29,910 nt of DNA from a bacterium (GCA_046485285.1 JAWOHE010000060.1:1-29910); one strand, 5' to 3'; shown: positions 8,640 through 18,112, counted from the stretch's first letter. Numbers and translations are program-made. Notes: a model not told the origin generated them from the letters alone.

Positions 8640-8676
8640 GCAGCCGGTGGGTTCGCGGAAGCGACCCACCGGCTGC
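8640..8676. terminator. hairpin between convergent genes
   Basis: GCAGCCGGTGGG(T)TCGC-GGAA-GCGACCCACCGGCTGC. Confidence 0.7.
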
Positions 8677-8687
8677 CCCTATACTGG

Positions 8688-11600
8688 TCAGCGGGCGAGC
8701 ACGACGCGTTCGGAGACCGTACTGCCGGCTGTCGAAATCCGCAGAAGGTAGACGCCCGCCGGCAGGCCTGTCGGACGCCAGTCGATGCGACCCCCAGCCG
8801 GGACCGGCCCGTCGTGGATGCGCGCGACGAGGCGGCCTGAGGCGTCCCAGGCGTCGACCCTCACCGGCCCCACGACGGCCGGCCCGAGCGAGATGGTCAG
8901 GAGCCTGCCAAAAGGACTGGGGCCGATGCTGTGGCGGGCCGGCGCGGCAGTCAGCGTTCCCTCACTGACGCCGACGTTCAGGTCATACCAGCGCTGGGCG
9001 TCCTCGCAGGCATCGAGGAACCCGGTCGAGTCCGGTGCGGCGAGGAACGCGAATGCGACGCGCTGGCGCTCGCCGGGCACGAGGTCGAATGAGCCGGTGG
9101 CGACCGCGACCGACCAGTTGTGGACCCGGTCGGGCTCGACCGTACCGAGTTCGCCCCTGAGGAGACGATACTTCATCTCTTCGCTGAGCCCGGAGTCAGG
9201 GTAGACGTAGCGGTCGTGTTCGAACGCTACAAACCTGCCGGGAAGGTCCGGGTGAAGCAGCCTGACACCGGCGAAAATGCTGGCCGGGTTGATGCTCCGC
9301 ATCGCCGCGGCCCGGTCGGCCGGGAAGACGCGGGCAAGGTCGTGGAAGCGGTCGGTGGCGCGGATGTCGAAGTCGGCGAAGATGCCGGTGCGGGCACCGC
9401 CAAGCGGCGAGGAGCCGTCGTTGATGATGTCGTAGACAAGCACGACGAACCGGGCGGCCTCGCCCTCGTCCGTGCCGAGCGCCCGCTCGACGACACGGAT
9501 GCCGCTAGCGCGGGGATGGCCGGCGTCGGTGAACGCGCCACGGATGACCTGGCGGCCCGTCCAGCGCGGTGCCTCGGAGTAGAGGCTTTCGCGCATCACC
9601 CAGTCGCGGTCGAGGTCGAGCGCCGACAGGTTGTAGAACCGGTCGGCGACATAGTCGGCGGAGTTGCCGAGAACGAAGCTCGCGATGTTGAGACAGCTCG
9701 TGTCATCCTTCGGGAACCGGAAGCCGCGGCCTCGCCTGGAGTCGGCGTTGTCGAAGCCGAGGTTGCCGCGTGCGGTCAGGGTCAGCGCGCAGGCGCCGGT
9801 GTCGACCTCGGCCGCGACCCGGCCCGGGTGGCCGACCGGGATGGTGAAGCAGAAGTCCCAGGTCCAACTGCCGGAGGTGGCGATTGCATAGAGCTCGACC
9901 CGGCTGCCGGGGCGGATGTCGGGCGCTGCGCGGACTGCGAGGTCCGACGTTGCCGCGCTGTCGCCGGCACCGACCAGACCAAGCTCGGCGGTTGAGTCGG
10001 TCGCGGAGAGGCCTGGCGACAGGGCCCGGATCAGGACCCTGGCGTCCGGGGCATCGGCCCGGCCCAGGTTGCGGACCACCAGGGTCAGCGCGCCGTTCTC
10101 GCCCGGCTCGAGGATGCCGTTCTCACGGGGCTGGCCGGCGTCACTGACCTGGGCGCTGGCGTAGACGAGCAGGGGTTCCGGCTCGCCCTCGGTCACCCGG
10201 GCGGTGCAGGCCTCGGCGAGGAAGTCGTGCGCCGAGGCGGTGATTACCAGCCGGCCGGTCGTGACCGGGTGGACGACGAGCGGAGCCTCACCCGACGAGT
10301 TGGTGCGGGCGGTGGCGTGAACTTCGTTGTCCTTCCAGGCACAGACGAACGCGCCGCCGACCGGGCCGTCGAGGTCGCTGACCCGGGCCGTGATGATGCC
10401 GGCGCCGGTCGGCAGGACTGAGTCTGCGCTGACCGCAAGCGGGCGCGGCGGTGTGGTCCAGAGGTCGATCGCCGGGTCGCCGAAGAGGTTGAACTCGGTC
10501 ATGCACCAGCGCCAGAGCTGGTCATAGCGCGCGGCGCCGGCATAGACCTCAAGGCCGCGGGCGTGGGCGACGCCGAGGACATTCTCGCCTTCGATGAGCC
10601 ACTGGTCGTAGAACCGGATGCAGAGCTTCTCGGAGGGACCCATCGCGGGCGGCGTGCCCCAGCCGTAGCGCGAGTTCATCATCACCGCGATGGTGCCGCC
10701 ATCCGGGCAGTTGTGGGAGATCTCGGCGATGCAGTCCTCGGCCTCGAAGTTACCCGGCGTGCAGGCGAGCGAGGTCATGATGCTGAACTTGCGGCTGTTG
10801 GTCTGGCGGCCGGCGTAGCTCGAGGTGTAGATGGCCGGGCCGGTCTCGTCGTAGACGCCGCCCTCGTTGCCGTGGCCGGCCGCGTCGAAGACCGCGTAGC
10901 CGCGGTTGAAGGAGTCGGCGACGACCGCGGCCGAGGCAGGGTTGACCAACTGGGCGTTGGTCCAGCCGTTGGGCAGTAGGTTGATGATCGAGTCGTGGAC
11001 GAAGCGGCCGTGGTAGCCGATGCTGTGCCAGAGCCAGCCGGACGGAAAGAGACCGCGCCGGATGTAGTCGGGCGCGGGGTCGTTCTCGTACGCGAAGACC
11101 TTGGCGATGAAGTTGGCAACCTGGGTTTCGTTGTCGACCGAGGCCCGACCGACGATGACGTCCGAGTAGAAGTCGACCGAGTCGGCCGGCTCGCCGAAGA
11201 TGTTGTTGTTGTTTGAGTCCCAGGAGTGGTCGAGGTCGGCGTAGTAGAGGTCGGTCGGAATGTCGCCGACCTCGCTGCCGACCCGGGCCCGGATCCGGCG
11301 GCAGGGCACGACCGCGTTGTCGCCGGCGAGCAGGACGTAGGACAGGCCCCGGTTCTCGTAGTAGTCGCGGATGAGGTTGCGGGTCTGCTCCTGGAGGTCG
11401 CGGCCCGGGTAGCGACCGCTGACCCACTCGACCGTACGGACCTCCGCGCGCAGACCGCGGGCGGTGCGGTACTCGACGAACGGCCGGAACGCCTCGGCGA
11501 AGCGGTCGCCGGTGATGACAAGGTAGTTGATCTCGGGCAGGTCGCGCCCGGCCGCGGGCGGGGACCAGGATTCGAGCCAATCCGGGTTCGCAACGAGCGC

Positions 11601-12170
11601 GCGCAGGCCGTCAGCCGCACGCTCGCGCTGAGACGGCGAGAGCGCCGGCGCGGGCGCGGCCGCGTCCCACTGCACCGAGATGCGCAGGCCGCGGTTGAGG
11701 GTCAGCCGGCCGTCGGCCGGACGCCAGGAGAGCGGCGCGGCGAGGACCGACACGAGCTGGAACCCGGAAGCCCGGCCCGCGCGCCAGTCGGCGAGCGGCG
11801 CGGCCGGCCAGTCAGCCGCGGATTCGTAGACCGACGGGTCGGGCGGCACCGGCGCCGGTTGCGCGCGGCCTGACAGCGGGCGGGGCTCCTCGATCGGGGC
11901 GATGCGCCAGCGGCCATCGACCGGCCCGGCGTCGAGCACCTCGACCTCGACCGAGGTGACGCGGGCGTCGGCCGGGATGACGAGCGTCACCGGTACGACC
12001 GGCAGGGAGGGCAGGCCGGGCGCGTCGATGACGATGCCCCGGGCCAGTTCCACGACGTCCCAGCCGCCGGCCCGGCTGAACCGGAGCTCGGCCGGGCTGA
12101 ACGAGACGTCGTGGGAGTAACTACCGGCGAGAAGGACTGCCGGGAGCAGGGTCAGCAGGATGCGCGACAT
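8688..12170 (-). CDS. C25 (gingipain-like) cysteine peptidase with propeptide and T9SS-type C-terminal domain
   Basis: Signal peptide; C25 propeptide (PGLPSLPV); YVLLAGD, TDLYYADLD, VGRA, catalytic AGHG and LACTPGNF, EFNLFGDP; tail DASGRLVA...LPAGVYLLRI. The second ATG (12170) fits the GGAG RBS best. Confidence 0.92.
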   Translation of the reverse strand: MSRILLTLLPAVLLAGSYSHDVSFSPAELRFSRAGGWDVVELARGIVIDAPGLPSLPVVPVTLVIPADARVTSVEVEVLDAGPVDGRWRIAPIEEPRPLSGRAQPAPVPPDPSVYESAADWPAAPLADWRAGRASGFQLVSVLAAPLSWRPADGRLTLNRGLRISVQWDAAAPAPALSPSQRERAADGLRALVANPDWLESWSPPAAGRDLPEINYLVITGDRFAEAFRPFVEYRTARGLRAEVRTVEWVSGRYPGRDLQEQTRNLIRDYYENRGLSYVLLAGDNAVVPCRRIRARVGSEVGDIPTDLYYADLDHSWDSNNNNIFGEPADSVDFYSDVIVGRASVDNETQVANFIAKVFAYENDPAPDYIRRGLFPSGWLWHSIGYHGRFVHDSIINLLPNGWTNAQLVNPASAAVVADSFNRGYAVFDAAGHGNEGGVYDETGPAIYTSSYAGRQTNSRKFSIMTSLACTPGNFEAEDCIAEISHNCPDGGTIAVMMNSRYGWGTPPAMGPSEKLCIRFYDQWLIEGENVLGVAHARGLEVYAGAARYDQLWRWCMTEFNLFGDPAIDLWTTPPRPLAVSADSVLPTGAGIITARVSDLDGPVGGAFVCAWKDNEVHATARTNSSGEAPLVVHPVTTGRLVITASAHDFLAEACTARVTEGEPEPLLVYASAQVSDAGQPRENGILEPGENGALTLVVRNLGRADAPDARVLIRALSPGLSATDSTAELGLVGAGDSAATSDLAVRAAPDIRPGSRVELYAIATSGSWTWDFCFTIPVGHPGRVAAEVDTGACALTLTARGNLGFDNADSRRGRGFRFPKDDTSCLNIASFVLGNSADYVADRFYNLSALDLDRDWVMRESLYSEAPRWTGRQVIRGAFTDAGHPRASGIRVVERALGTDEGEAARFVVLVYDIINDGSSPLGGARTGIFADFDIRATDRFHDLARVFPADRAAAMRSINPASIFAGVRLLHPDLPGRFVAFEHDRYVYPDSGLSEEMKYRLLRGELGTVEPDRVHNWSVAVATGSFDLVPGERQRVAFAFLAAPDSTGFLDACEDAQRWYDLNVGVSEGTLTAAPARHSIGPSPFGRLLTISLGPAVVGPVRVDAWDASGRLVARIHDGPVPAGGRIDWRPTGLPAGVYLLRISTAGSTVSERVVLAR

Positions 12171-12179
12171 CAACATCTC

Positions 12180-14762
12180 CTAGTCAACAACTATCGCCTT
12201 GGCGGTCAGTTCGCAGTCCGGCCCGGACAGGCGCAGGAAGTAGACCCCGCGGCTGGTTCTCTCCGCCCGCCACTCCACCGAGTGGTCGCCGGGCGCGAGG
12301 AACATCCCATCCGCCAGCTCCGCGACCAGCCGGCCGGCGCGGTCGTAGACCGCGAGTCGGACCGGCCCGGCCCGTCGGAGCGCGAAGCGCACTTCGGTCC
12401 GTCCGCGGACCGGGTTCGCGTCGAGCGCGAGCGCGGGGAGCGGCCGCCTGCCGGCGGCAGGCTCGGTGACCGCGGTCGGATCGAGAGTGGTGTACTTGAC
12501 CGCCCGACCTGCCTCACGGGGCGCGGCGGCCGGGGCGTGGCGGCCGTCGAACAGCTCCTCGATGGCGATGGCACGGATCGGGTCCTGGATGCCCATCGTC
12601 GAGCTCGCGGAGCGGTTGGCGGTCTGGTACTGGAAGACAACGACGTTGTCGCCGGTCGGGGTCGCGGCAGTCGTGTCGTAGATGATGACCTGAAACTTGT
12701 CGCGGACGCTCGAGGGGCTGTAGTAGGCAACCGAATCGTACTGGACGATGAAGCGGTGGTTCTCCTCGTCGTGGTACCAGTAGACGTAGCCCTGGCTGTT
12801 GTAGCCGGGGTAGAGGTCGTCCCAGTTCGGACAGAGCATCCCGGGCGGGTTCTGGGGGTCGGGCAGGCGCCGGTTGGCATAGTGGCGCTGGGAGTAGACC
12901 CCGGGGCATATCCAGCCGTCGGCCGAGACCGAGAGCCGGGTGTAGTCGGTCCCATAGAAGCGGAACGGGCCAAACGAGGGCGGCAGGTCGACGCCGATGA
13001 CGTCGTCGTTCTGAGGGTAGTCGATGCGCGTGCCGAGGCCGCGGATCTCGACCCAGTCATACACCGGAGCCTGGGCGTAGGCGCTGTCGATGTTGTCGTA
13101 GGCCCAGTAGCGCGCGGGCGTGCGCGGGCCGTCGGGCATCGGGTCGGTCACGAGGTACGGCCCGACGGTGAGGCTGAAGCCGGCGGCCCAACTCGACTCA
13201 GCCGCGCTGATGGCAAGGTCGAACCGGGCGACGTGCCCGCGGGGAGCGTCAGGCCGGGCCCAGACCAGGAACGGGATAGCGTTTGTGGCCGTGTCCTGGC
13301 CGGCGATGTCGCCGTAGGCGGCGTGGGCACGGGTGACGACCGCGAAGCTGTCCTCGGTCGAGACGAGTGCCTGGACTGCGTGGGCGTCGGCCATGCCGTA
13401 GTTGCGCAGGGTCAGGTAGACCTCGGCGGTCTCGGCCGCGTCCCAGCGGCCGTCGTTGTTGCCCCGGATGTCGCTCAGCCGCCAGCCGAGCAGCCCGACG
13501 AGCGGCCGGTCGAGCGGCACCGGGCCGCCGAGCAGGGCGATGGCGGCTACGCCGGCCCGCGTCACCTCGGTGCAGAAGCCGTTGTCGTTGTAGCCGGCAC
13601 CGATCGAGTCGTGCGAGGTGTGGTAGTGCGGGTTCGTCGGCCAGAAGTCCTCGATGCCGGTCAGCGCGAGGTAGCCCCGGTTCCAGAACCCGCCGTGGTC
13701 GGAGTTCTGGTTGTCGGACATCATCTGCTTATTGGTCGGCAGGGTGGTGTAGGTGTCGGCGACCGCGATGAACCAGTCGCAGAATGGCTCGCAGGCCGGG
13801 TTGGCGATCTTGGCCATCAGGTCGAGGTCCTCGGGCGTATTGTCGGCGTAACCGATCATGTCGAAGTTGATGACGCCGAGGATCGAATCGCCCCGGGCCC
13901 GGGCGGTGTCGGCATACCACTTGCTGCCATAGAGGCCGAACTCCTCGCCGGTCCAGGCGATGAACTTGAGGTCGTGAGTGAACCGGTAGCCCTGAGTGAC
14001 GCGGCAGGCCTCGACCGCGGCGGCGGTACCGGAGGCGTTGTCGTCCGCTCCTGGCGCGTTGGCGGCGGCGTAGCTGTCGATGTGGCCGCAGATGATCGCG
14101 TAGGGATTGCGTTGGCCGGAGGCGCCGTAGCGGACGCCGATGACGTTTGGGGCGTGGCCCGGGCGATGGGACTGGAGGATGACCGTGTCACAACCCCAGG
14201 CGCGGAAGCGGTTTGCGACCCAATCGCAGGCGGCGCGGCAGGAGTCGCCGGTCGAGTAGCGGTTGCGAAACTCCTGGAGCCGGCGGACGTAGCTGAGGAC
14301 CGACTCGGGTTCGACGGCCGCTACCATCGCCTGGACGAGCGGGTTCGGGCTCACCGGCGGAAGGTCGTAGGCGGGCTCGAGAACCGTCCAGCCGGAGAGG
14401 TCCACGGGCCCGACCATTGCCCGCAGCCCGGTAAGGCGCAGGTGGCCGGGCTCGTCGAGCAGGACGAGGTACTCCTCGCCATCGAACTCGAGGACGGTGC
14501 CAGCCTCAAACAGCGCGGCGCGGGCGGACTCGTCGAGCGGGTAGACACGGAACAGCCGCTCGGCGACGGGCGCGCGGTCGAGCACGCGTCCGCCGGCGGC
14601 GGTCAGCTCGCCCTCCGACCCGACCACCAACAGGCCAGTCCGGAGCGCGCCGACGACGCGGAAGGCGGGGACGAGGTCGGCAGGTCGAGCGTCTGGGACG
14701 ATACCGAGCACGTCGCCGGCGACGGCCACGCTCAGACAGGCAAGACACAAGAACAGGCGCAA
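12180..14762 (-). CDS. M28 family metallopeptidase with T9SS-type C-terminal domain
   Basis: ICGHIDS, PGADDNASG, WTGEEFGLYGS, NFDMIGY, SDH, YHTSHD motifs; tail YDRAGRLVA...RGVYFLRL. TTG start at 14762 behind AGGAGG (the track gives GTG 14792). Confidence 0.92.
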   Translation of the reverse strand: MRLFLCLACLSVAVAGDVLGIVPDARPADLVPAFRVVGALRTGLLVVGSEGELTAAGGRVLDRAPVAERLFRVYPLDESARAALFEAGTVLEFDGEEYLVLLDEPGHLRLTGLRAMVGPVDLSGWTVLEPAYDLPPVSPNPLVQAMVAAVEPESVLSYVRRLQEFRNRYSTGDSCRAACDWVANRFRAWGCDTVILQSHRPGHAPNVIGVRYGASGQRNPYAIICGHIDSYAAANAPGADDNASGTAAAVEACRVTQGYRFTHDLKFIAWTGEEFGLYGSKWYADTARARGDSILGVINFDMIGYADNTPEDLDLMAKIANPACEPFCDWFIAVADTYTTLPTNKQMMSDNQNSDHGGFWNRGYLALTGIEDFWPTNPHYHTSHDSIGAGYNDNGFCTEVTRAGVAAIALLGGPVPLDRPLVGLLGWRLSDIRGNNDGRWDAAETAEVYLTLRNYGMADAHAVQALVSTEDSFAVVTRAHAAYGDIAGQDTATNAIPFLVWARPDAPRGHVARFDLAISAAESSWAAGFSLTVGPYLVTDPMPDGPRTPARYWAYDNIDSAYAQAPVYDWVEIRGLGTRIDYPQNDDVIGVDLPPSFGPFRFYGTDYTRLSVSADGWICPGVYSQRHYANRRLPDPQNPPGMLCPNWDDLYPGYNSQGYVYWYHDEENHRFIVQYDSVAYYSPSSVRDKFQVIIYDTTAATPTGDNVVVFQYQTANRSASSTMGIQDPIRAIAIEELFDGRHAPAAAPREAGRAVKYTTLDPTAVTEPAAGRRPLPALALDANPVRGRTEVRFALRRAGPVRLAVYDRAGRLVAELADGMFLAPGDHSVEWRAERTSRGVYFLRLSGPDCELTAKAIVVD

Positions 14763-14829
14763 GACTCCTCCTGAGAGGTTGACGGAATACACTTGCCAAA
14801 GTCAGGTCGCTCAGCGACCCTTAGCGGAT

Positions 14830-14857
14830 ATTTTACCCGACTGACCGGCAAAGTCCA
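14830..14857 (-). promoter_or_regulatory. sigma70-type promoter for the M28-C25 operon
   Basis: TGGACT-N16-TAAAAT. Confidence 0.55.
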
Positions 14858-14881
14858 ACATCGGGGTCGCGCCGTGGCAGC

Positions 14882-14909
14882 TTGACCCTGAGCCGGGTGG
14901 TTCTAGACT
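14882..14909 (+). promoter_or_regulatory. sigma70-type promoter, probably a leaderless transcript
   Basis: TTGACC-N16-TAGACT, 7 nt before ATG 14917; no SD. Confidence 0.6.
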
Positions 14910-14916
14910 TGATGAG

Positions 14917-15954
14917 ATGTTGCAGGGTTCGCCTGTCATCTGGTGCGCGGTAGCGGCGACCGCCTCCGTTGCGCTCTGGCTATTTGTATTCGGGCGCGAC
15001 GCGCGCCTGCGCCGCCGGCTCGCCCGGCTCGCGGCCGGGGCGGGCGACATCAGGCTGCCGGCTGACGCGCTCCGGCGCGCGCCGGCACGGGTGCGTGCCA
15101 TTTTGGATCGAGCGTTGGCCCGCCTCGTGGCGAACCAGCACCTCGACGCCGCCCGCCTAATCGAAGAGTCCGTGGATAACACGGACGCCGCGGCCCGGGC
15201 CGCGCTCTTGAATCTCACGGCTGCCTGTTACCATCTCGCGGGTCGGCACGCGGCCGCGGCCGAACGCTACGAGCGATCGGCGCGGTTAGCCGCCGAGTCG
15301 GGCGCGGGTGGAGTCGAAGCCGCGGCCTGGTCGAATCTCGCGCTGCTGCGAATTGTCCAGTCCGAGCCGCGCCTCGCGCTTGATGCCCAGGAACGGGCGC
15401 TCGCGCTCGACCGGGCGGCCGGGAACCGTATCGCGACCGCGACCGGACTCGGCCGCCTCGGGCTGGTCCGGCAGATGCTGGGCGAGACCGCCCGCGCGCT
15501 TGACCTGCACCTCGAGGCGCTGGCGATTGATGAGGCGGCAGGTAACCGGCGCGGTTCGGCAAACACGCTCGGCCGACTCGGGCTGGCCTACCAGGTCAGC
15601 GGCGAGTTCGAACGGGCGCTCGAGCACTACCGGCGCGGCCTCGCGTTGGCGCGCGCGGCCGGGTACCGCGCCGGCGCGGCGGAACTGCTAGGCAATATCG
15701 GCTTGCTCCACCTCGAGCGGGACGAATTCGAGCCGGCCCTCGCCAGCCTTCTCGAGGCGCTGGCGATATTCGGCCAGCAGCGGGATACTGCCCGGGCGGT
15801 CAACACCGTCAGCGGACTGGCGCTGGTACGCCGGCGGATGGGGCGGGTAGAGTTCGAGGAGGCTTGCCGCGCGCGCGGCATCGCGGCCGCGGAGCTCAGC
15901 CGGCTGTCGGGACTGCTCAACCGGGTCGCGGCCCGCAACCCGGTCGGCCGGTAG
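14917..15954 (+). CDS. tetratricopeptide repeat protein with N-terminal TM anchor
   Basis: TPR_12-like repeats (LGRLGLVRQMLGETARALDLHLEALAI; LGRLGLAYQVSGEFERALEHYRRGLAL); hydrophobic N-terminus. Confidence 0.85.
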   Translation: MLQGSPVIWCAVAATASVALWLFVFGRDARLRRRLARLAAGAGDIRLPADALRRAPARVRAILDRALARLVANQHLDAARLIEESVDNTDAAARAALLNLTAACYHLAGRHAAAAERYERSARLAAESGAGGVEAAAWSNLALLRIVQSEPRLALDAQERALALDRAAGNRIATATGLGRLGLVRQMLGETARALDLHLEALAIDEAAGNRRGSANTLGRLGLAYQVSGEFERALEHYRRGLALARAAGYRAGAAELLGNIGLLHLERDEFEPALASLLEALAIFGQQRDTARAVNTVSGLALVRRRMGRVEFEEACRARGIAAAELSRLSGLLNRVAARNPVGR

Positions 15955-16010
15955 ACCGGTGGGCCGGGCTTAGTCGGTTTTTTGCGCGCCAAAGCCCGTC
16001 CGCCGCGTCC

Positions 16011-16044
16011 AAAAAGCAGCGGGCGGCGCCGAAGCGCCGCCCGC
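16011..16044 (-). terminator. intrinsic terminator of the RRM gene
   Basis: GCGGGCGGCGC-TTCG-GCGCCGCCCGC followed by TGCTTTTT on the minus strand. Confidence 0.8.
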
Positions 16045-16059
16045 AGTGTCTGTACTGGC

Positions 16060-16401
16060 CTACCAGCGCCGGCTGTTGTAGTCGCCGCGCGGTGCGCGGT
16101 CGCGACGACCACCACCGCCTTCGCGCCGACCGCCGCCGCCGCCGCCGCCCTCGGAACGGGCGCGGGCCTCATTGACGGTGAGCGGGCGGCCGTCGAGCTC
16201 CTGGCCGTTCAGGGCGCTGATTGCAGCCCTGGCCGCTTCATCGGACGCCATCTCGACGAACCCGAATCCACGGGACCGGTTCGTGAGCCTGTCCTTGACG
16301 ATCTCACAGGACGACACTTCGCCATGCTTGCCGAACATCTCGGTAAGCTGGCTTTCGGTTGCGCTGAAGGGAAGATTCCCTACGAATATGCGCTGACCCA
16401 T
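16060..16401 (-). CDS. RRM-domain RNA-binding protein with Gly/Arg-rich tail
   Basis: RNP2 IFVGNL, RNP1 RGFGFVEM, LTVNEAR, Gly-rich C-terminus; GGAGG RBS. Confidence 0.96.
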   Translation of the reverse strand: MGQRIFVGNLPFSATESQLTEMFGKHGEVSSCEIVKDRLTNRSRGFGFVEMASDEAARAAISALNGQELDGRPLTVNEARARSEGGGGGGGRREGGGGRRDRAPRGDYNSRRW

Positions 16402-16557
16402 TTGGGTACCTCCGACTGGTTTTTCGCTTGGGACTCGTTATGGGTCGCTACGGTACAGGCCCGTCTTCGAACAGCCGGACTCATAGGCCGATAAGCGAAC
16501 TCAAGCTCTTTGGGACCTTCTTCTGTAGAGCTGGCGGTGGGGTCCTTCCACAGCCAA
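16402..16557 (-). ncRNA. candidate structured cis-regulatory 5' leader of the RRM gene
   Basis: About 155-nt leader with two hairpins whose loops are complementary (GGACC/GGTCC) and a TTCGCTT/AAGCGAA stem just upstream of the RBS. Confidence 0.45.
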
Positions 16558-16563
16558 CGTAGA

Positions 16564-16592
16564 ATATTACATACCCCCGGCAGTCATGTCAA
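16564..16592 (-). promoter_or_regulatory. sigma70 promoter for the RRM gene
   Basis: TTGACA-N17-TAATAT. Confidence 0.75.
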
Positions 16593-16679
16593 GCACCGAG
16601 GTTGCGGCCTGGTCAGGCCGAGGCGGGCGGTGAAGCTTCAACACCCGCCAGCACAGTCGGTTACGCGGCAGGCCCGGCG

Positions 16680-17198
16680 TCATTCTTCGCCGGCCAGCGA
16701 TTCGACGAGGTCGAGGTCGAGCACGCCCTTTGCGCCCCAGCCGCGGGTCCCCACCGGCACCTCGGGCCGGAAACGCTCGTATAGCCCATTGGCAGCGCCG
16801 GGGAGGGCGCTGCGCGGGATCGAGCGCGCGAGTCGGTCGAAGGCGGAGCGGACCGCGTCGAGGTCCGGGCCGAACCTCGACTCGAGGTAGCGCCGGGCCG
16901 CAGCCGGGTCCTGGGGTTCGCCGCGGATGACTGCGCGAAGCCCCTCGGCGGTTGCCCGGACCGGAACCTGCCGCCCGACGAGCTCGAGCCAGCCGGCCGC
17001 TTCGGTTTCTGGCTCGGCGCCCGGGCGCTCGCGCCGGTGGTAGATGCCGAGAGCCTGGCCCTTGCGCTGGGCGGTCAGGCCGGCGACGGCCTTGCCCAGC
17101 GACAGCGCGGCGTTCTCGTCGTGGCCGAGCAGGGCCGCGACCGCGGTCGCCCACAGTGCCAGGACCGGCGCGCGGTTGATGGCAATGCGGCGGCTCAC
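16680..17198 (-). CDS. conserved hypothetical protein (INRAPVLxLW type)
   Basis: GTG start 5 nt after a -10 box; protein-like composition; motifs INRAPVLALWA, LYERFRP and GWGAKG that I recall from an uncharacterised family. Confidence 0.75.
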   Translation of the reverse strand: MSRRIAINRAPVLALWATAVAALLGHDENAALSLGKAVAGLTAQRKGQALGIYHRRERPGAEPETEAAGWLELVGRQVPVRATAEGLRAVIRGEPQDPAAARRYLESRFGPDLDAVRSAFDRLARSIPRSALPGAANGLYERFRPEVPVGTRGWGAKGVLDLDLVESLAGEE

Positions 17199-17203
17199 CG
17201 GAC

Positions 17204-17284
17204 AGGCTAGGCCGGCAGGCGCTGGCTGTCAACCCGGAGGACTCGCGGCTCGCGATTGCCTTTCCGGCGAGCTTGTGGTAGATT
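17204..17284. promoter_or_regulatory. divergent sigma70-type promoters, both apparently leaderless
   Basis: Minus: TTGACA(17227-32)-N17-TAGCCT(17204-09). Plus: TTGCCT(17256-61)-N17-TAGATT(17279-84) with an extended TG. Confidence 0.55.
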
Positions 17285-17291
17285 TCGTTCC

Positions 17292-18059
17292 GTGCGGCTC
17301 CTGAGCTGGAACGTCAACGGCATCCGGGCCGCGGCGCGCAAGGGCCTGCTCGACTGGCTGGCGCGCGAGCGGCCGGACGCGCTCTGCCTGCAGGAAGTCA
17401 AGGCCCGGCCCGAGCAGGTTCCGGGCTCCGTGCGCGAGCCGGAGGGCTACCACGCGGCCTGGAACCCGGCCGACCGACCCGGGTACAGCGGGGTCGCGAC
17501 CCTCCAGCGCGAGCGACCGGGGTACGTCCGCGCCGGCTTCGGCGACGAGCGCTTCGACGACGAGGGCAGGGTGCTCGTGACCGAGGTCGCCGACGTCCGG
17601 CTCTACAACGTCTACTTCCCGAATGGCAAGCAGGGGCCGGAGCGCCTGCGCTACAAGCTCGGATTCTACGACGCCTTCCTCGACCACCTGCGGGAGGAGA
17701 AGCGCCGGCGCCGACGGCTCGTCGTCTGCGGCGACTACAATACCGCGCACCGGGAAATCGACCTCGCCCACCCGAGGCAGAACGAGAGGGTATCCGGTTT
17801 CCTGCCCGAGGAGCGCGCGTGGCTCAACAGGCTCGTCGCGGCCGGTTTCGCGGACACCTTCCGGCTCATCCACCCGGCCGAGCCGGGGCAGTACACCTGG
17901 TGGAGCCCGCTCACCCGCGCGCGCGAGCGCAACGTCGGCTGGCGGATTGACTACTTCTTCGTCAGCGAGAACCTCGTCCGGCGCGTCCGCGACGCGTTCA
18001 TCCTCCCCGAGGTCGAGGGCTCGGACCACTGCCCGGTCGGGCTCGAACTGGCGGAGTAG
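17292..18059 (+). CDS. xth: exodeoxyribonuclease III (AP endonuclease)
   Basis: SWNVNGIRA, LCLQEVK, GYSGVA, EGRV, YFPNG, CGDYNTAH, YTWW, GWRIDYF, GSDHCP; GTG start at 17292. Confidence 0.96.
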   Translation: MRLLSWNVNGIRAAARKGLLDWLARERPDALCLQEVKARPEQVPGSVREPEGYHAAWNPADRPGYSGVATLQRERPGYVRAGFGDERFDDEGRVLVTEVADVRLYNVYFPNGKQGPERLRYKLGFYDAFLDHLREEKRRRRRLVVCGDYNTAHREIDLAHPRQNERVSGFLPEERAWLNRLVAAGFADTFRLIHPAEPGQYTWWSPLTRARERNVGWRIDYFFVSENLVRRVRDAFILPEVEGSDHCPVGLELAE

Positions 18060-18112
18060 GCCGGCCCGCGGCGGCCGGCGCCGGGCCGGGCGACCCGGGG
18101 ACGAGGAGGCGG

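Noticed and set aside
16110-16150. GCC/GGC trinucleotide repeat
   Set aside because: It simply encodes the Gly-rich tail of the RRM protein.
16402-16557. SRP RNA, tRNA (including tRNA-Sec) or a known riboswitch
   Set aside because: No SRP domain IV motif, no cloverleaf and no riboswitch consensus that I recognise. I saw no tRNA or rRNA anywhere in the window.
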